A stretch of 64,000 nucleotides of DNA from Candidatus Hermodarchaeota archaeon (lineage in GTDB: Archaea > Asgardarchaeota > Lokiarchaeia > Sigyniarchaeales > SOKP01), in NCBI GenBank assembly GCA_048885925.1, contig JBHLLG010000002.1, positions 64,001-128,000 on the forward strand, written 5' to 3'. The notes below the pieces were generated by a model, which worked only from the letters and a program-made list of their open reading frames with translations, ran no database searches and had not been told where the DNA came from. The position numbers and the translations under genes were made by a program. Positions 45,601 to 54,940 of this stretch are shown piece after piece. Position 1 is the first letter of the stretch, and every line of letters begins with the position of its first letter.

Positions 45601-46578
45601 ATGCTAGGAGAACTTATCGCAATATCAGCAGTTCTTACTTTTGTTAGCTCAAATGTCATTTTTCGAAAAACAGAATATGAAGTTAGTCCAACTTATATCA
45701 ATTTCTTTCGAACAGGTATAGGTACTTTAACTTTTATTTTATTAATATTGTTTTTTAATCTATTAGATATTGTTTTCATGATACCCTGGGAGTTATGGAT
45801 ATTTTTGATTTTTAGTTTTATTTTTGGACAAGTAATAGGAGATACAGCTTATTTTACAGCTCAAAAAGAATTAGGAACTACGATAGCTCTTGCTATTTCT
45901 ATGACCTTTCCTCTATTTACTTTTATTTTATCTCTTATTTTTCTCAATCGGCCATTTAAATTTAATTTGATTTTGTCTCTCCTTCTAATAGGATTTGGAA
46001 TAACAATTATAGGGAAATCTAAGACAAAATCTGAGAATTTTGAATATGAAAAAGATTCTGGCTTTACAAAGTCGATTAAAGTTAGAATTCAAGGTATAGT
46101 CAGAGCAGATTTTATTAAAGCTGCATTTTTTTGCCTTATAGCATCTCTTGGATGGGCAATTGGTGCCGTAATGATTGATTTTGCAACAGTTCAAATAGAT
46201 CAAATTACTCACACAGAGGAATTAAGTTCTGTTATTGGAAATGCAATAAGATTTCCATTTGCATTATTAATACTAAGTTCAATGGTTTGGAGAGAAAAAA
46301 GAATGAAAAAACGGAATGACAATACTATTAATCAAAAGATATCTCTCCGTACATGGATTTTATTAATAACTGCTTCGATTATAGGTACTTCATTAGGTGC
46401 TTATTTGTATACTGAGTCTGTACATCTAGCAGGAGCAAACATTGTAGCTTTAATTGCAAGTACAGCCCCATTATTTGCACTTCCCTTAACTTACTTTATA
46501 AATAAAGAAAGAATTACAAAATTAGGATTTGTAGGAGTAATTTTAACTGTGCTTGGAATTATTGTTATCTTAATTTAA
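45601..46578 (+). CDS. EamA/DMT family transporter
   Basis: About ten TM helices in two repeats; PLF motifs, KERIT. Confidence 0.85.
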   Translation: MLGELIAISAVLTFVSSNVIFRKTEYEVSPTYINFFRTGIGTLTFILLILFFNLLDIVFMIPWELWIFLIFSFIFGQVIGDTAYFTAQKELGTTIALAISMTFPLFTFILSLIFLNRPFKFNLILSLLLIGFGITIIGKSKTKSENFEYEKDSGFTKSIKVRIQGIVRADFIKAAFFCLIASLGWAIGAVMIDFATVQIDQITHTEELSSVIGNAIRFPFALLILSSMVWREKRMKKRNDNTINQKISLRTWILLITASIIGTSLGAYLYTESVHLAGANIVALIASTAPLFALPLTYFINKERITKLGFVGVILTVLGIIVILI

Positions 46579-46592
46579 GAAAAAAACTAATT

Positions 46593-47672
46593 CTATTCAT
46601 AATATTGTTCGAATAATTTCAATTCATCTGAAATTCTTTTTAATTTAGCTAATTCCTCTTCAGTTGGGGGTTGTTCTTCATAAATGTCATATAACTTCAA
46701 CTTTAGGTTTCTCCTAACTTGTTTTTCTAATTTGTTTATTTTTTGTTTTGTAGCAAAATACTTTATCATCTTAAACTTTAATTTTGTTAAGGAATTCTCC
46801 CATTCCCTCGTAAATTCGCCATTTTGAATTTCTTTTAAGATCTGTATCATTTTAGGTCTGAGTGGAAGTTTCCTAAATCTTATACCTCGACTCATTGCGC
46901 CATATTGGCTAGTTTGAGAATGAAAATCCACTTGCTTAATTAAACCAACGTCTGCCATCTTTTTATAAGTATATGCCATTTCATTACTCATATACATCTC
47001 AATGAGAACAGCTTCGGGAGGATATCCCGCATCAACTAAAGTATAAATACTTGATAATAAAACCCTTCCAAACGCAGGTCCAAACGCTTGTTCATTAAAC
47101 AAATCTAATTCTGCTTCTTGTTTGAAGGTTAACATTATTGCACCTTTTTTTAATGTACCAATTCCTTTAGCTAAGGCGAGTAAAATTTCCTTAGCTTGTC
47201 CAGAAATGTCTTGTTCAATTGCTATAAAACTAAAAAATCCTTTATTATTAAGAAAATTCTCTCTCACACCAACTCCAATCATTCTAGGTGCAAGTAATAA
47301 AACGTCTATTTCTTTAGGTGGCTTTAATAGATTAAAGCCAATGTTATACCCACTAGCAAATACAAGCGTTGATCCCGATTTAAGGTTTGGTTTGATTTTT
47401 TCTTCGAAAATTTTGTTCATTATCTCATCTGGAAGTAAAATGAAGATGATATCAGACTCCTGAGTTGCCTTTTCAATCGAAAATGTTGAAAATTTATCAT
47501 TTATTGCAATATTTTTAAATTCATCTTCTATATTGCCAATTATTACATTTAACCCAGAATCTCTCAGATTAAGGGCTTGTGCTCTTCCTTGATTTCCATA
47601 ACCAATTATACTAATTGTTTTTTTATATAAAATTGAAAGATCTCCATCTTTTTCAAGAAAAATACTTACCAT
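46593..47672 (-). CDS. ilvC: Ketol-acid reductoisomerase
   Basis: IIGYGNQGRAQALNLRDSG, LLPDE, APR, EAELDLFNEQ, GYPPE, SQTSQYG. Confidence 0.88.
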   Translation of the reverse strand: MVSIFLEKDGDLSILYKKTISIIGYGNQGRAQALNLRDSGLNVIIGNIEDEFKNIAINDKFSTFSIEKATQESDIIFILLPDEIMNKIFEEKIKPNLKSGSTLVFASGYNIGFNLLKPPKEIDVLLLAPRMIGVGVRENFLNNKGFFSFIAIEQDISGQAKEILLALAKGIGTLKKGAIMLTFKQEAELDLFNEQAFGPAFGRVLLSSIYTLVDAGYPPEAVLIEMYMSNEMAYTYKKMADVGLIKQVDFHSQTSQYGAMSRGIRFRKLPLRPKMIQILKEIQNGEFTREWENSLTKLKFKMIKYFATKQKINKLEKQVRRNLKLKLYDIYEEQPPTEEELAKLKRISDELKLFEQYYE

Positions 47673-47745
47673 AATTAATATTCCCAGAAGAATATTTTAT
47701 GTGATAAAAATAGGAGATCTCTTAAAAAATAGTCGATTTAGCGTT

Positions 47746-48354
47746 TTATGGCAATTTGTCGTAATCTAATTTGTTTTTATCCAATATTTTAATAACGAGC
47801 TCTCTAAAAATTCTTTCGATGTTAATATTATCTTTCGAAGATGTTCGAAGGAAGTTTTGCTCCTGATGTCTTTCCATAAATCTATTAATAACTAAATCAT
47901 CAACCCTAGTTTTCTCATCTGCCGTCTTAACAAGATCACTTTTAGCTCCGATAAACATTCTGGGAGTTGAATCTTGATTATAATCAAAAAGTTTTTCATA
48001 CCACCAATCTAATCTCAATAGAGTCTGAAGATCAACAAGATTAAAAACCATGAAAATTCCATTTGCACCATTAATGTAGTATGGAAATAATTTTTTGAAT
48101 TGTTCTCTTCCTCCAAAATCCCAGATACTAATCCGAACAAAAGTATTTCCCCCATCAACAATAATAGGAAGATCTTTTGTATAAAATTCAATTCCTAAAG
48201 TTTCCTTTGTATTTACATCAAATGTGTTAAAACACAATCTTTTGGCAATACACGTTTTTCCAACTCTTTCCTGTCCCAAAATGCATATTTTGAAGATATA
48301 AATGGGTTTAACCTTTTGATTCACCTCATTAAGAGGAGTTATTTGGTCGGCCAT
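47746..48354 (-). CDS. Rab-like small GTPase
   Basis: FKICILGQERVGKT, TLGIEF, WDFGGREQF, AKSD, TSSK. Confidence 0.9.
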   Translation of the reverse strand: MADQITPLNEVNQKVKPIYIFKICILGQERVGKTCIAKRLCFNTFDVNTKETLGIEFYTKDLPIIVDGGNTFVRISIWDFGGREQFKKLFPYYINGANGIFMVFNLVDLQTLLRLDWWYEKLFDYNQDSTPRMFIGAKSDLVKTADEKTRVDDLVINRFMERHQEQNFLRTSSKDNINIERIFRELVIKILDKNKLDYDKLP

Positions 48355-48518
48355 GAGTATGATAGGGTATTATATAAATATAAAAATCTAAACTTAATAA
48401 TTAAAAATAAAAGCTCTGATTTATAAGTTTTGAACATATCAAAATAAATCGTTGTTAAATTGGTTATGTGCAAAAAAGATTTATTTCAAGACTACCGCTC
48501 TAAAGTGACTTAAGATTA

Positions 48519-49589
48519 TTAAAAACCGATATTATTAGAAAAAGATCTTAAAATTAAATTTCCCTTGGATATAATTTCTACATAAGAAGGTTGCATATGT
48601 TGCCAAGCACCGTCATTTATTATTTCAACTCGTTGATTATTGATATTTCCATAGGAGACTCCTTTATGGTGAGAATGTCCATATATAACATGTTTTATTT
48701 TTGAAAAAGGATAATGATCATCTTCTAAGAATTTTTTAATTTCACGAAAGTAGTAATCAGGTTTACTAGCACGCTCCCATTTTTTCAATACCCGCATGTT
48801 TGATTTAATTATATTAAATTCTAAGATATTTAATTCTGAAAAAAGTGTATCCATTGATTCTATTGGCATATTTTTTAAATTAGCTAATTCTTGTTTCATC
48901 TGTTTGAATGTTATTGGCTTAACTTTCCGACCATTCTTAATTATTTCATTCCAAAAATAATCGTAAGTTTCTTTTACTTCAAATTTATTAGAGGAAATTA
49001 AAGATTTCCAAATTTGACCTACAAAAAAACGATATATCTCACTATCATATTGGAATCCATGAAGCATAAAGCATTCATAATCCTTATCTAGATTAAGACC
49101 CTTAATTTCTACTTTATTAACAGGTGTATTTTCAATTTGATCCCGTGTATTGTACATTAAGAGCATGTCCTTATCATTTTTTTTCTTTAAGATTAGATAC
49201 TGAAAGAATAAATCTCCATTAAAAAGTTCCTTGAAATCACTATTTCTAAATTTGCGTAAGAATTTTTCTTTTCTACGAACAAATTTTTCATCATAATCTC
49301 CAGTAACGGGAATTTCATGGTTTCCAAGAACATAAATAATAGTTATTTTTTTTTTAATCTCAAGTAAAAGTGTAAAAATTTCTCGGGCTTTATCCCTTGC
49401 CATAATAGATTCTGGAATATCAGTGCATAAATCAATAAAATCTCCTAAAATTATCAATTTCTGTAGATCATTCCCGAACTTTCCATTAAGGATATTTTTT
49501 AAAAATTGAATAAATAAATCCCTTTCACAGTCTAAGGAACCTAAATGAATATCTGATACTACCAAAATTTTAGGTTTAGTTTCACCCAT
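48519..49589 (-). CDS. Calcineurin-like metallophosphoesterase (LpxH-like motifs)
   Basis: SDIHLG, LGDFID, GNHE, LHG, GHSH. Confidence 0.85.
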   Translation of the reverse strand: MGETKPKILVVSDIHLGSLDCERDLFIQFLKNILNGKFGNDLQKLIILGDFIDLCTDIPESIMARDKAREIFTLLLEIKKKITIIYVLGNHEIPVTGDYDEKFVRRKEKFLRKFRNSDFKELFNGDLFFQYLILKKKNDKDMLLMYNTRDQIENTPVNKVEIKGLNLDKDYECFMLHGFQYDSEIYRFFVGQIWKSLISSNKFEVKETYDYFWNEIIKNGRKVKPITFKQMKQELANLKNMPIESMDTLFSELNILEFNIIKSNMRVLKKWERASKPDYYFREIKKFLEDDHYPFSKIKHVIYGHSHHKGVSYGNINNQRVEIINDGAWQHMQPSYVEIISKGNLILRSFSNNIGF

Positions 49590-50091
49590 CCTTTAAATCT
49601 CCGATTTTATCTATGATTTTTTGATCTAATTTAAATAATATGTAGTAGGATTAATAAGGAGAATCCCTATTTCTTAAATTTATGTTTAGAAGATTTGATT
49701 TAAAGAAATAATATTCAAAAGATTATAAAAGTTGTTTCAAAGTTGCTTTAGCGTAGACATTTAGAATGATTGATACCTAAATCTTTTATCTCCTATAATT
49801 TTTTCTAAGAATTGGAAAATAATATTCCCCCAATATTAACAATGCTTCATATTGATCAAATACAATTGCATCATTTGAAATCAAAAATTGATCATTTCTA
49901 AGTAATCGAATTCACTAATAAAAAATTTGTTATTTATTTTTATCATTTTTTTTTGTCGACCGAATTTGATTGATCAGATTTATCGGATTATCTATGATCA
50001 ACCAACATATTTAAATATAAGAAATACTAATTAAAATTTAAATACAATTTAAAAAAAATCTTAAAAATTAAATTAGTGGAGGAATAATAAA

Positions 50092-50298
50092 ATGGCCGCA
50101 TTTGCATGGAGCCCTTTAAGAGCTCTAATGAAAAAAGCCGGAGCAGAAATCGTAAGTCGAGCTGCAGTTGATAAATTGATGGATTATTTAGAAGAATATG
50201 CTAAAGGTTTAACTGGTTGCGCTCTTGACATTGCTAAACACTCTGGCAGAAAAAAAGTTACCGCAGCTGACATGAAAATTGCTATTGGTTTAGTATAA
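50092..50298 (+). CDS. Archaeal histone, no tail
   Basis: Histone fold with AGAEIVS and AKHSGRKKVTAADM; GGAGG SD. Confidence 0.93.
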   Translation: MAAFAWSPLRALMKKAGAEIVSRAAVDKLMDYLEEYAKGLTGCALDIAKHSGRKKVTAADMKIAIGLV

Positions 50299-50549
50299 GC
50301 AATTTTAATGTTACCTTTCATTGAAAAAATCAAAAATTTTTTTTTCTTTTATAAATATTTCATTAGGACAATCAGTTTAGATAGATCTTATTTGAAATTC
50401 TTAATTCTAATACTTTATTTCTATATCATTACAATGTTTATATCTAATTTGTCATTCATATCCTTAATTTTAGGTATGATCTATTATTTGATTTTTTATC
50501 TAGCAAAGGATCAAACATGATTAAGATCAAATGGATTTAACCTCAAAAC

Positions 50550-51377
50550 TTAACTTGATTTTTTATAAAGACCAATAAATATAATAAAGAATATGATTAT
50601 ATCTATCGACTCCGCTGTGATGACGAATAAAGGAGACTCGCCTACAATAAATTGTATTACCGGTCTTAAAATGGATGTGATTAAATAGAAACCAAATCCA
50701 ATCATGAGGATAAAAGTGTTAACTTGAGATAAGCGTTGATTTCTCCACGCAAAATTAAACAACCACACAATCGCGATCAAAGATGGAAGAATTGTTATTG
50801 GATATATGATGGGAGAATTTTCTATAGTTAGAACAAATATATCGACAATTATTTCAATAGCAACAATTATTATTAAAATCCAGGTTCTAACCGTATTGAG
50901 AGTGTTTTCGTTACTCAGTTTTTTGAACCTTTGCCTTAAGGAGAGTGAAAATAAAATCATAAAAATACTAAGAGACATCATTGGGAGGAGATTCAAGATT
51001 GCGATAAGATATCGAGTTTTCATAACAAGGAGCAGTAATTCTTGATCTAACTTAAAATAACTAAAATCAATGAATAAGTCTATTAATTTTCCAAAAATAA
51101 GTAGTAAGAAAAAGATACCGAACAGAAAAGGGATATCTGAGAAATATTGTTTTTCTTGTTTAAACCATCTATAGAAGGTATAGATTGCCATTAAAGAAAC
51201 AAGAAACACACGAATCCCTATAGTTATGACAATTATTAAGGTCCCTTCGTGGGTTTGGTAGGTTTCAACTAAAATAGCCCAATTAAAAATATATAGAAAC
51301 GAGATAGCAATGATTCCAATTATAACACTACATACCAATAAAGGTAAAACGATTACTCTAATTTTTTGAAAAGTCAT
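50550..51377 (-). CDS. Hypothetical polytopic membrane protein (7-8 TM)
   Basis: 275-aa ORF of consecutive hydrophobic helices; AGGTGA SD. Confidence 0.75.
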   Translation of the reverse strand: MTFQKIRVIVLPLLVCSVIIGIIAISFLYIFNWAILVETYQTHEGTLIIVITIGIRVFLVSLMAIYTFYRWFKQEKQYFSDIPFLFGIFFLLLIFGKLIDLFIDFSYFKLDQELLLLVMKTRYLIAILNLLPMMSLSIFMILFSLSLRQRFKKLSNENTLNTVRTWILIIIVAIEIIVDIFVLTIENSPIIYPITILPSLIAIVWLFNFAWRNQRLSQVNTFILMIGFGFYLITSILRPVIQFIVGESPLFVITAESIDIIIFFIIFIGLYKKSS

Positions 51378-51561
51378 AAATTCTATTTTTCACCTAACTA
51401 TAAAAATTAAAATTTTTTTCAGGAGAAATAGAATTTAATTTCATTTTTTGTTTGATATATTTAACAGAAGATATATTGTCTGAGATATATTCTTAATTTT
51501 AAATAATAGTTTAATAAATTATTTGCATAGTATATTTTTTTAAACAAGGTGAAAATGGAGG

Positions 51562-52113
51562 ATGTTTTTTGAGAGATTAAAAAAATCTCCAAAAAATAGA
51601 TTTGTGATTTTAATAGTGATTTTTGGTCTGGTAATTGTGCTAATCGTTTACTTTTTAATATTCATGCCAATTGAGGGTTCAGTTCCAACTTATGGGATTT
51701 TAGACTATGAATTTGCATGGACTCAAAGTAGGGTTGAGAATATTCTATCAGTTTGGGGTGTTGAAGGGATAAATAAACAATCTTTGGCAATATATTGGGA
51801 CTTCATATATATAGTTGGTTATGTTTCTTTAGCTCTTGGATTAATAATACTTATATTAAGGATATCTGAGGAAAAAATCCAAAAAATTGGATTTTATTTT
51901 ACACTAACACCTTTCCTAACGGGATTATTTGATATAATTGAGAACATAAATTTATTGATAATGCTTAGTGATCCAATATCAATCTCAAATTTTAATCCAT
52001 TTATCGCGTCGTTAAGTGCATTAATAAAGTTTAGTTTCTTGTTTGCTGCGATTGCTTATTTCTTAGTAGCTTTAACTATTGCTATTTTCAAAAAATTTAA
52101 ACAGAGGGAATAA
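51562..52113 (+). CDS. Hypothetical membrane protein
   Basis: About four TM helices; WDFIYIVGY and FDIIEN motifs; GGAGG SD-like element. Confidence 0.75.
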   Translation: MFFERLKKSPKNRFVILIVIFGLVIVLIVYFLIFMPIEGSVPTYGILDYEFAWTQSRVENILSVWGVEGINKQSLAIYWDFIYIVGYVSLALGLIILILRISEEKIQKIGFYFTLTPFLTGLFDIIENINLLIMLSDPISISNFNPFIASLSALIKFSFLFAAIAYFLVALTIAIFKKFKQRE

Positions 52114-52139
52114 ATAACTCTCCTTTTATTTTTATAATT

Positions 52140-52628
52140 TTAGAGAGATCTCTGCATCCAAATTATATCAAAAGTCCGTCCAAACTTTTTAGCAATATTT
52201 TTAAATCTTCCACATTCAATAAAACCATGTTTTTTATGGAAATTTAGGCTTTGCTCATTTAAAGAGGATAAATGAATAAAAAGTAAACGGACTCCATTTT
52301 CATTGGCATATTCAATTAATTTATTTAATAACCTTGTACCAAAACCTTTATTAGTATATTCTGGTTTAATAAAATAGCTTATTTGTCCTGTATGCATGAA
52401 ATTATCATAAGGTAAATAATTTTTTATAAATGCAAAACCACTTATTTTCTTTTCAATTTCTAAAACGACAAATGATAAACATTCTTGACGTAATTGACTG
52501 ATAAAATTAATTTTAACTTCTTTTTCAGAGTAAGCAGCAAAACCATTTAAAATATAATTATTATAAATTGAAAGAACATCGTTTAAGTCTGAATTTTTAA
52601 CTTTCCTAATTCGAAATTCAAAAGCCAT
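52140..52628 (-). CDS. GNAT N-acetyltransferase (phosphinothricin acetyltransferase/YncA-like)
   Basis: IYNNYI, KGFGTRLL, NEQSLNFHKKHGF, KFGRTFDIIWMQ. Confidence 0.88.
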   Translation of the reverse strand: MAFEFRIRKVKNSDLNDVLSIYNNYILNGFAAYSEKEVKINFISQLRQECLSFVVLEIEKKISGFAFIKNYLPYDNFMHTGQISYFIKPEYTNKGFGTRLLNKLIEYANENGVRLLFIHLSSLNEQSLNFHKKHGFIECGRFKNIAKKFGRTFDIIWMQRSL

Positions 52629-52726
52629 AATAAAATATTAAATAAATTAATTTTTTGAAGTTTTACATTTTAAATAAAATAGAATTAAAAAAATGAAATA
52701 TATAATCCTAAGACCTTTGCATGGTT

Positions 52727-52762
52727 GTCCTTAAGCATCTCGTTTTTTCATACTTAATTCAT
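52727..52762 (-). promoter_or_regulatory. Eukaryote-type SECIS element in the 3' UTR of the selenoprotein gene
   Basis: mRNA: AUGA-A-UUAAGUAU-GAAAAAACGAG-AUGCUUAA-G-GA-C, i.e. AUGA/GA core, 8-bp stem and A-rich apical loop, starting 2 nt after the UAA stop. Confidence 0.85.
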
Positions 52763-52764
52763 TC

Positions 52765-53292
52765 TTAATTAGGATTTTTGATATATTTATCAATTAGGAG
52801 TAACATCGCACTTACTGAAGGTCTGTCTGTTTTATCTCTTCCTATGTATTTCCATACAATTGTCCCATTTTTATCTATTAAAAATTTGCTCGGTACAGCT
52901 TGTTTTACTTTAAGTTTTCCCCAACCTTCTGCAAACCAATACACATTATAATCCTTAGCTATTTTAGCTCCACGGTCTGAAATCATATCTACTGGAAATT
53001 TATTTTCTTCTTTAAACTTTCTTAGTAATCCAATTGTGTCGCTTGCAATTGAAATAACTTTAACATTTCTTTTTTCAAACTCATGAAATTTTTTCGTTAA
53101 ATTCTCTAGTTCTTCTTTTCAATAACTTCACCAAGTACCACGAAAAAAAACAATCAATACTGCATTATGATTTTGAATGAGATTAGATAAATTAACTGGA
53201 TTACTAAATATATCTACTGTATTTATCAAAGGTGCTTGAGTATGCAATGATAATCCCCTGGGTCTCATTTCTTCTTCTTTCTTTAAAGCCAT
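52765..53292 (-). CDS. Selenoprotein: AhpC/TSA (peroxiredoxin-like, thioredoxin-fold) protein with UxxU motif, 175 aa
   Basis: GAGGT SD; ATG 53292; MALKKEEEMRPRGLSLHTQAP...VLIVFFRGTW-TGA-SY-TGA-KEELENL...VKVISIASD...MISDRGAKIAKDYNV...AVPSKFLIDKNGTIVWKYIG...RPS; in-frame TGA at codons 55 and 58. Confidence 0.9.
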
Positions 53293-53544
53293 TTGGTTAT
53301 TACCTCAAAACTAATTACACTACAATTTTTCTTACAAATATTGATAAAAATTATAATTTTAAAGATATGTTTTTCGAAAGATGATAAGAGTAATTTAAAA
53401 TGTTAGGTTTTTCTAATAAAATCAAGAAATAAAATAGAAATAGCAGTTCTTTCATTAGATGATTATCAAGATTCTAAAAAATACTGCCAAAATTCAGAAA
53501 TTGTAAAAATTGTAAATAAAAAGTGACATAAAAATGTAATAATA

Positions 53545-54078
53545 TTAAGTTCCGAATTTTTCAAAAAGAACTTCTGTCAAAACTTCAAATGCTTTTTCTA
53601 CGTTTTCTCCAGTTTTGGAAGATAGTTCTACAAAAGAAGCTAAATTATACTTTCTTGCAGCTAATATCCCATCATCTCGAGGAACAGCTCGAAACTCATA
53701 TAAATCCAATTTAGAGCCAATCAACATTATAGGGATGTCACCGGAATGTTCTCTAATTACTTGAGTCCAATCGGGTAAGTGATCTAATGAGGTTTGATTA
53801 GTGATATCATATAAGAAGAATGCTCCATTTGCCCCTTTACTATATTGTGAAAGTAGAAATCGAAACCTTTCTTCTCCACCAAAATCCCAAATCTGTAATT
53901 TTACTTTTTTATCTTTAAAATAAGTGGTCTTAGAATAAAAATCAACACCTATAGTCAATTTGAGGTCTTCCATGAAGTATCCTGAAATATATCTCATTGT
54001 AAGGGATGTTTTACCCACTGATGCATCACCTAACATCATGATTTTAAAAGTATAATCGTAATCTGTCATTACTTTCAA
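53545..54078 (-). CDS. Rab-like small GTPase
   Basis: YDYTFKIMMLGDASVGKTS, TIGVDF, KLQIWDFGGEERFR, SKLD, LSSKTGENV. Confidence 0.93.
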   Translation of the reverse strand: MKVMTDYDYTFKIMMLGDASVGKTSLTMRYISGYFMEDLKLTIGVDFYSKTTYFKDKKVKLQIWDFGGEERFRFLLSQYSKGANGAFFLYDITNQTSLDHLPDWTQVIREHSGDIPIMLIGSKLDLYEFRAVPRDDGILAARKYNLASFVELSSKTGENVEKAFEVLTEVLFEKFGT

Positions 54079-54205
54079 CAGTAAAGGTATTTTAAGGACT
54101 TTCTTCGAGTTTTAAAAATAAATTTTAAAATTATTCTAGTAATATACCCAATATTAATTAATTTTTATCTATTTTAAAATTATTATTTTCCAAAAAACAC
54201 AAAAA

Positions 54206-54847
54206 TCATATCAACAAAAGGAGAATATTAAAAAAAGAATGAGCGATGGAACATGGGATTAGTGATTCGCCAAAATACGTAAAAATAAGAGAAAGAACTA
54301 ATCCAAATACAAAATAATATCCAAAAAAAGTTATTATAGTTGTTAAAGGGACTAGAAACGGAGGAACATGATAAAGGGTAAAAAGTATAGAGGATATAAT
54401 AATTGAATAAGCTATTTTCAATTTGGTTTTAATTTTTTTTATAAGAAATCCTCTGAAAAAAGCTTCTTCACAAGGTCCGACAACGATCAATTGTAAAATT
54501 ACTAAAGTAATTAGTTGGATGAAATTAGGGCGAATTGGAGTTGTGTTGATGACTCCTTCTTGGCCTTGTTCAACAAATTCATACCCAAATATATTGTTTA
54601 TCACAACATCTCTAAAAAAAATGATAATATAATTACTTAAAAAGAAAAATAAAATTCCAAAGCTCAATCCAGATATTATTTTAATAAATAAGTCTTCATT
54701 TTTCTCAAAACCCATATCCTTTAAAGTCATTGTGAAAGATTTCTTCTCCAATTTGCTAACTATTAACGCGGGGGTAATAATAAATAAAATTTCTAATAAT
54801 GTTAATCCAATTAATATCCAAGGATTTTCTCCTAATTGTACAACCAT
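54206..54847 (-). CDS. CPBP (CAAX protease/Abi) family intramembrane protease
   Basis: EEAFFRG, FTLYH, AHSFFN. Confidence 0.9.
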   Translation of the reverse strand: MVVQLGENPWILIGLTLLEILFIITPALIVSKLEKKSFTMTLKDMGFEKNEDLFIKIISGLSFGILFFFLSNYIIIFFRDVVINNIFGYEFVEQGQEGVINTTPIRPNFIQLITLVILQLIVVGPCEEAFFRGFLIKKIKTKLKIAYSIIISSILFTLYHVPPFLVPLTTIITFFGYYFVFGLVLSLIFTYFGESLIPCSIAHSFFNILLLLI

Positions 54848-54940
54848 TTTTATTTTAATGTTATTTTCAAATAATACTCATAAATCAAAAAATTAAATAT
54901 CTCATGTTTATTATTATTAATTCTATTATTTGTATTTTTA

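Noticed and set aside
50308-50520. 70-aa hydrophobic ORF after the histone gene
   Set aside because: Runs through the T-rich terminator-like tract, has no SD and has low-complexity AT-driven composition
53119-53130. Reading the two TGAs as pseudogene lesions or as TGA=Trp/Gly recoding
   Set aside because: Both fall exactly on the CxxC cysteine positions, the rest of the frame is intact, a SECIS follows, and TGA terminates other genes in the window
53440-53490. Imperfect inverted repeat (gcagt...actgc) upstream of the selenoprotein, considered as a second SECIS
   Set aside because: No AUGA/GA core with a proper stem on the coding strand
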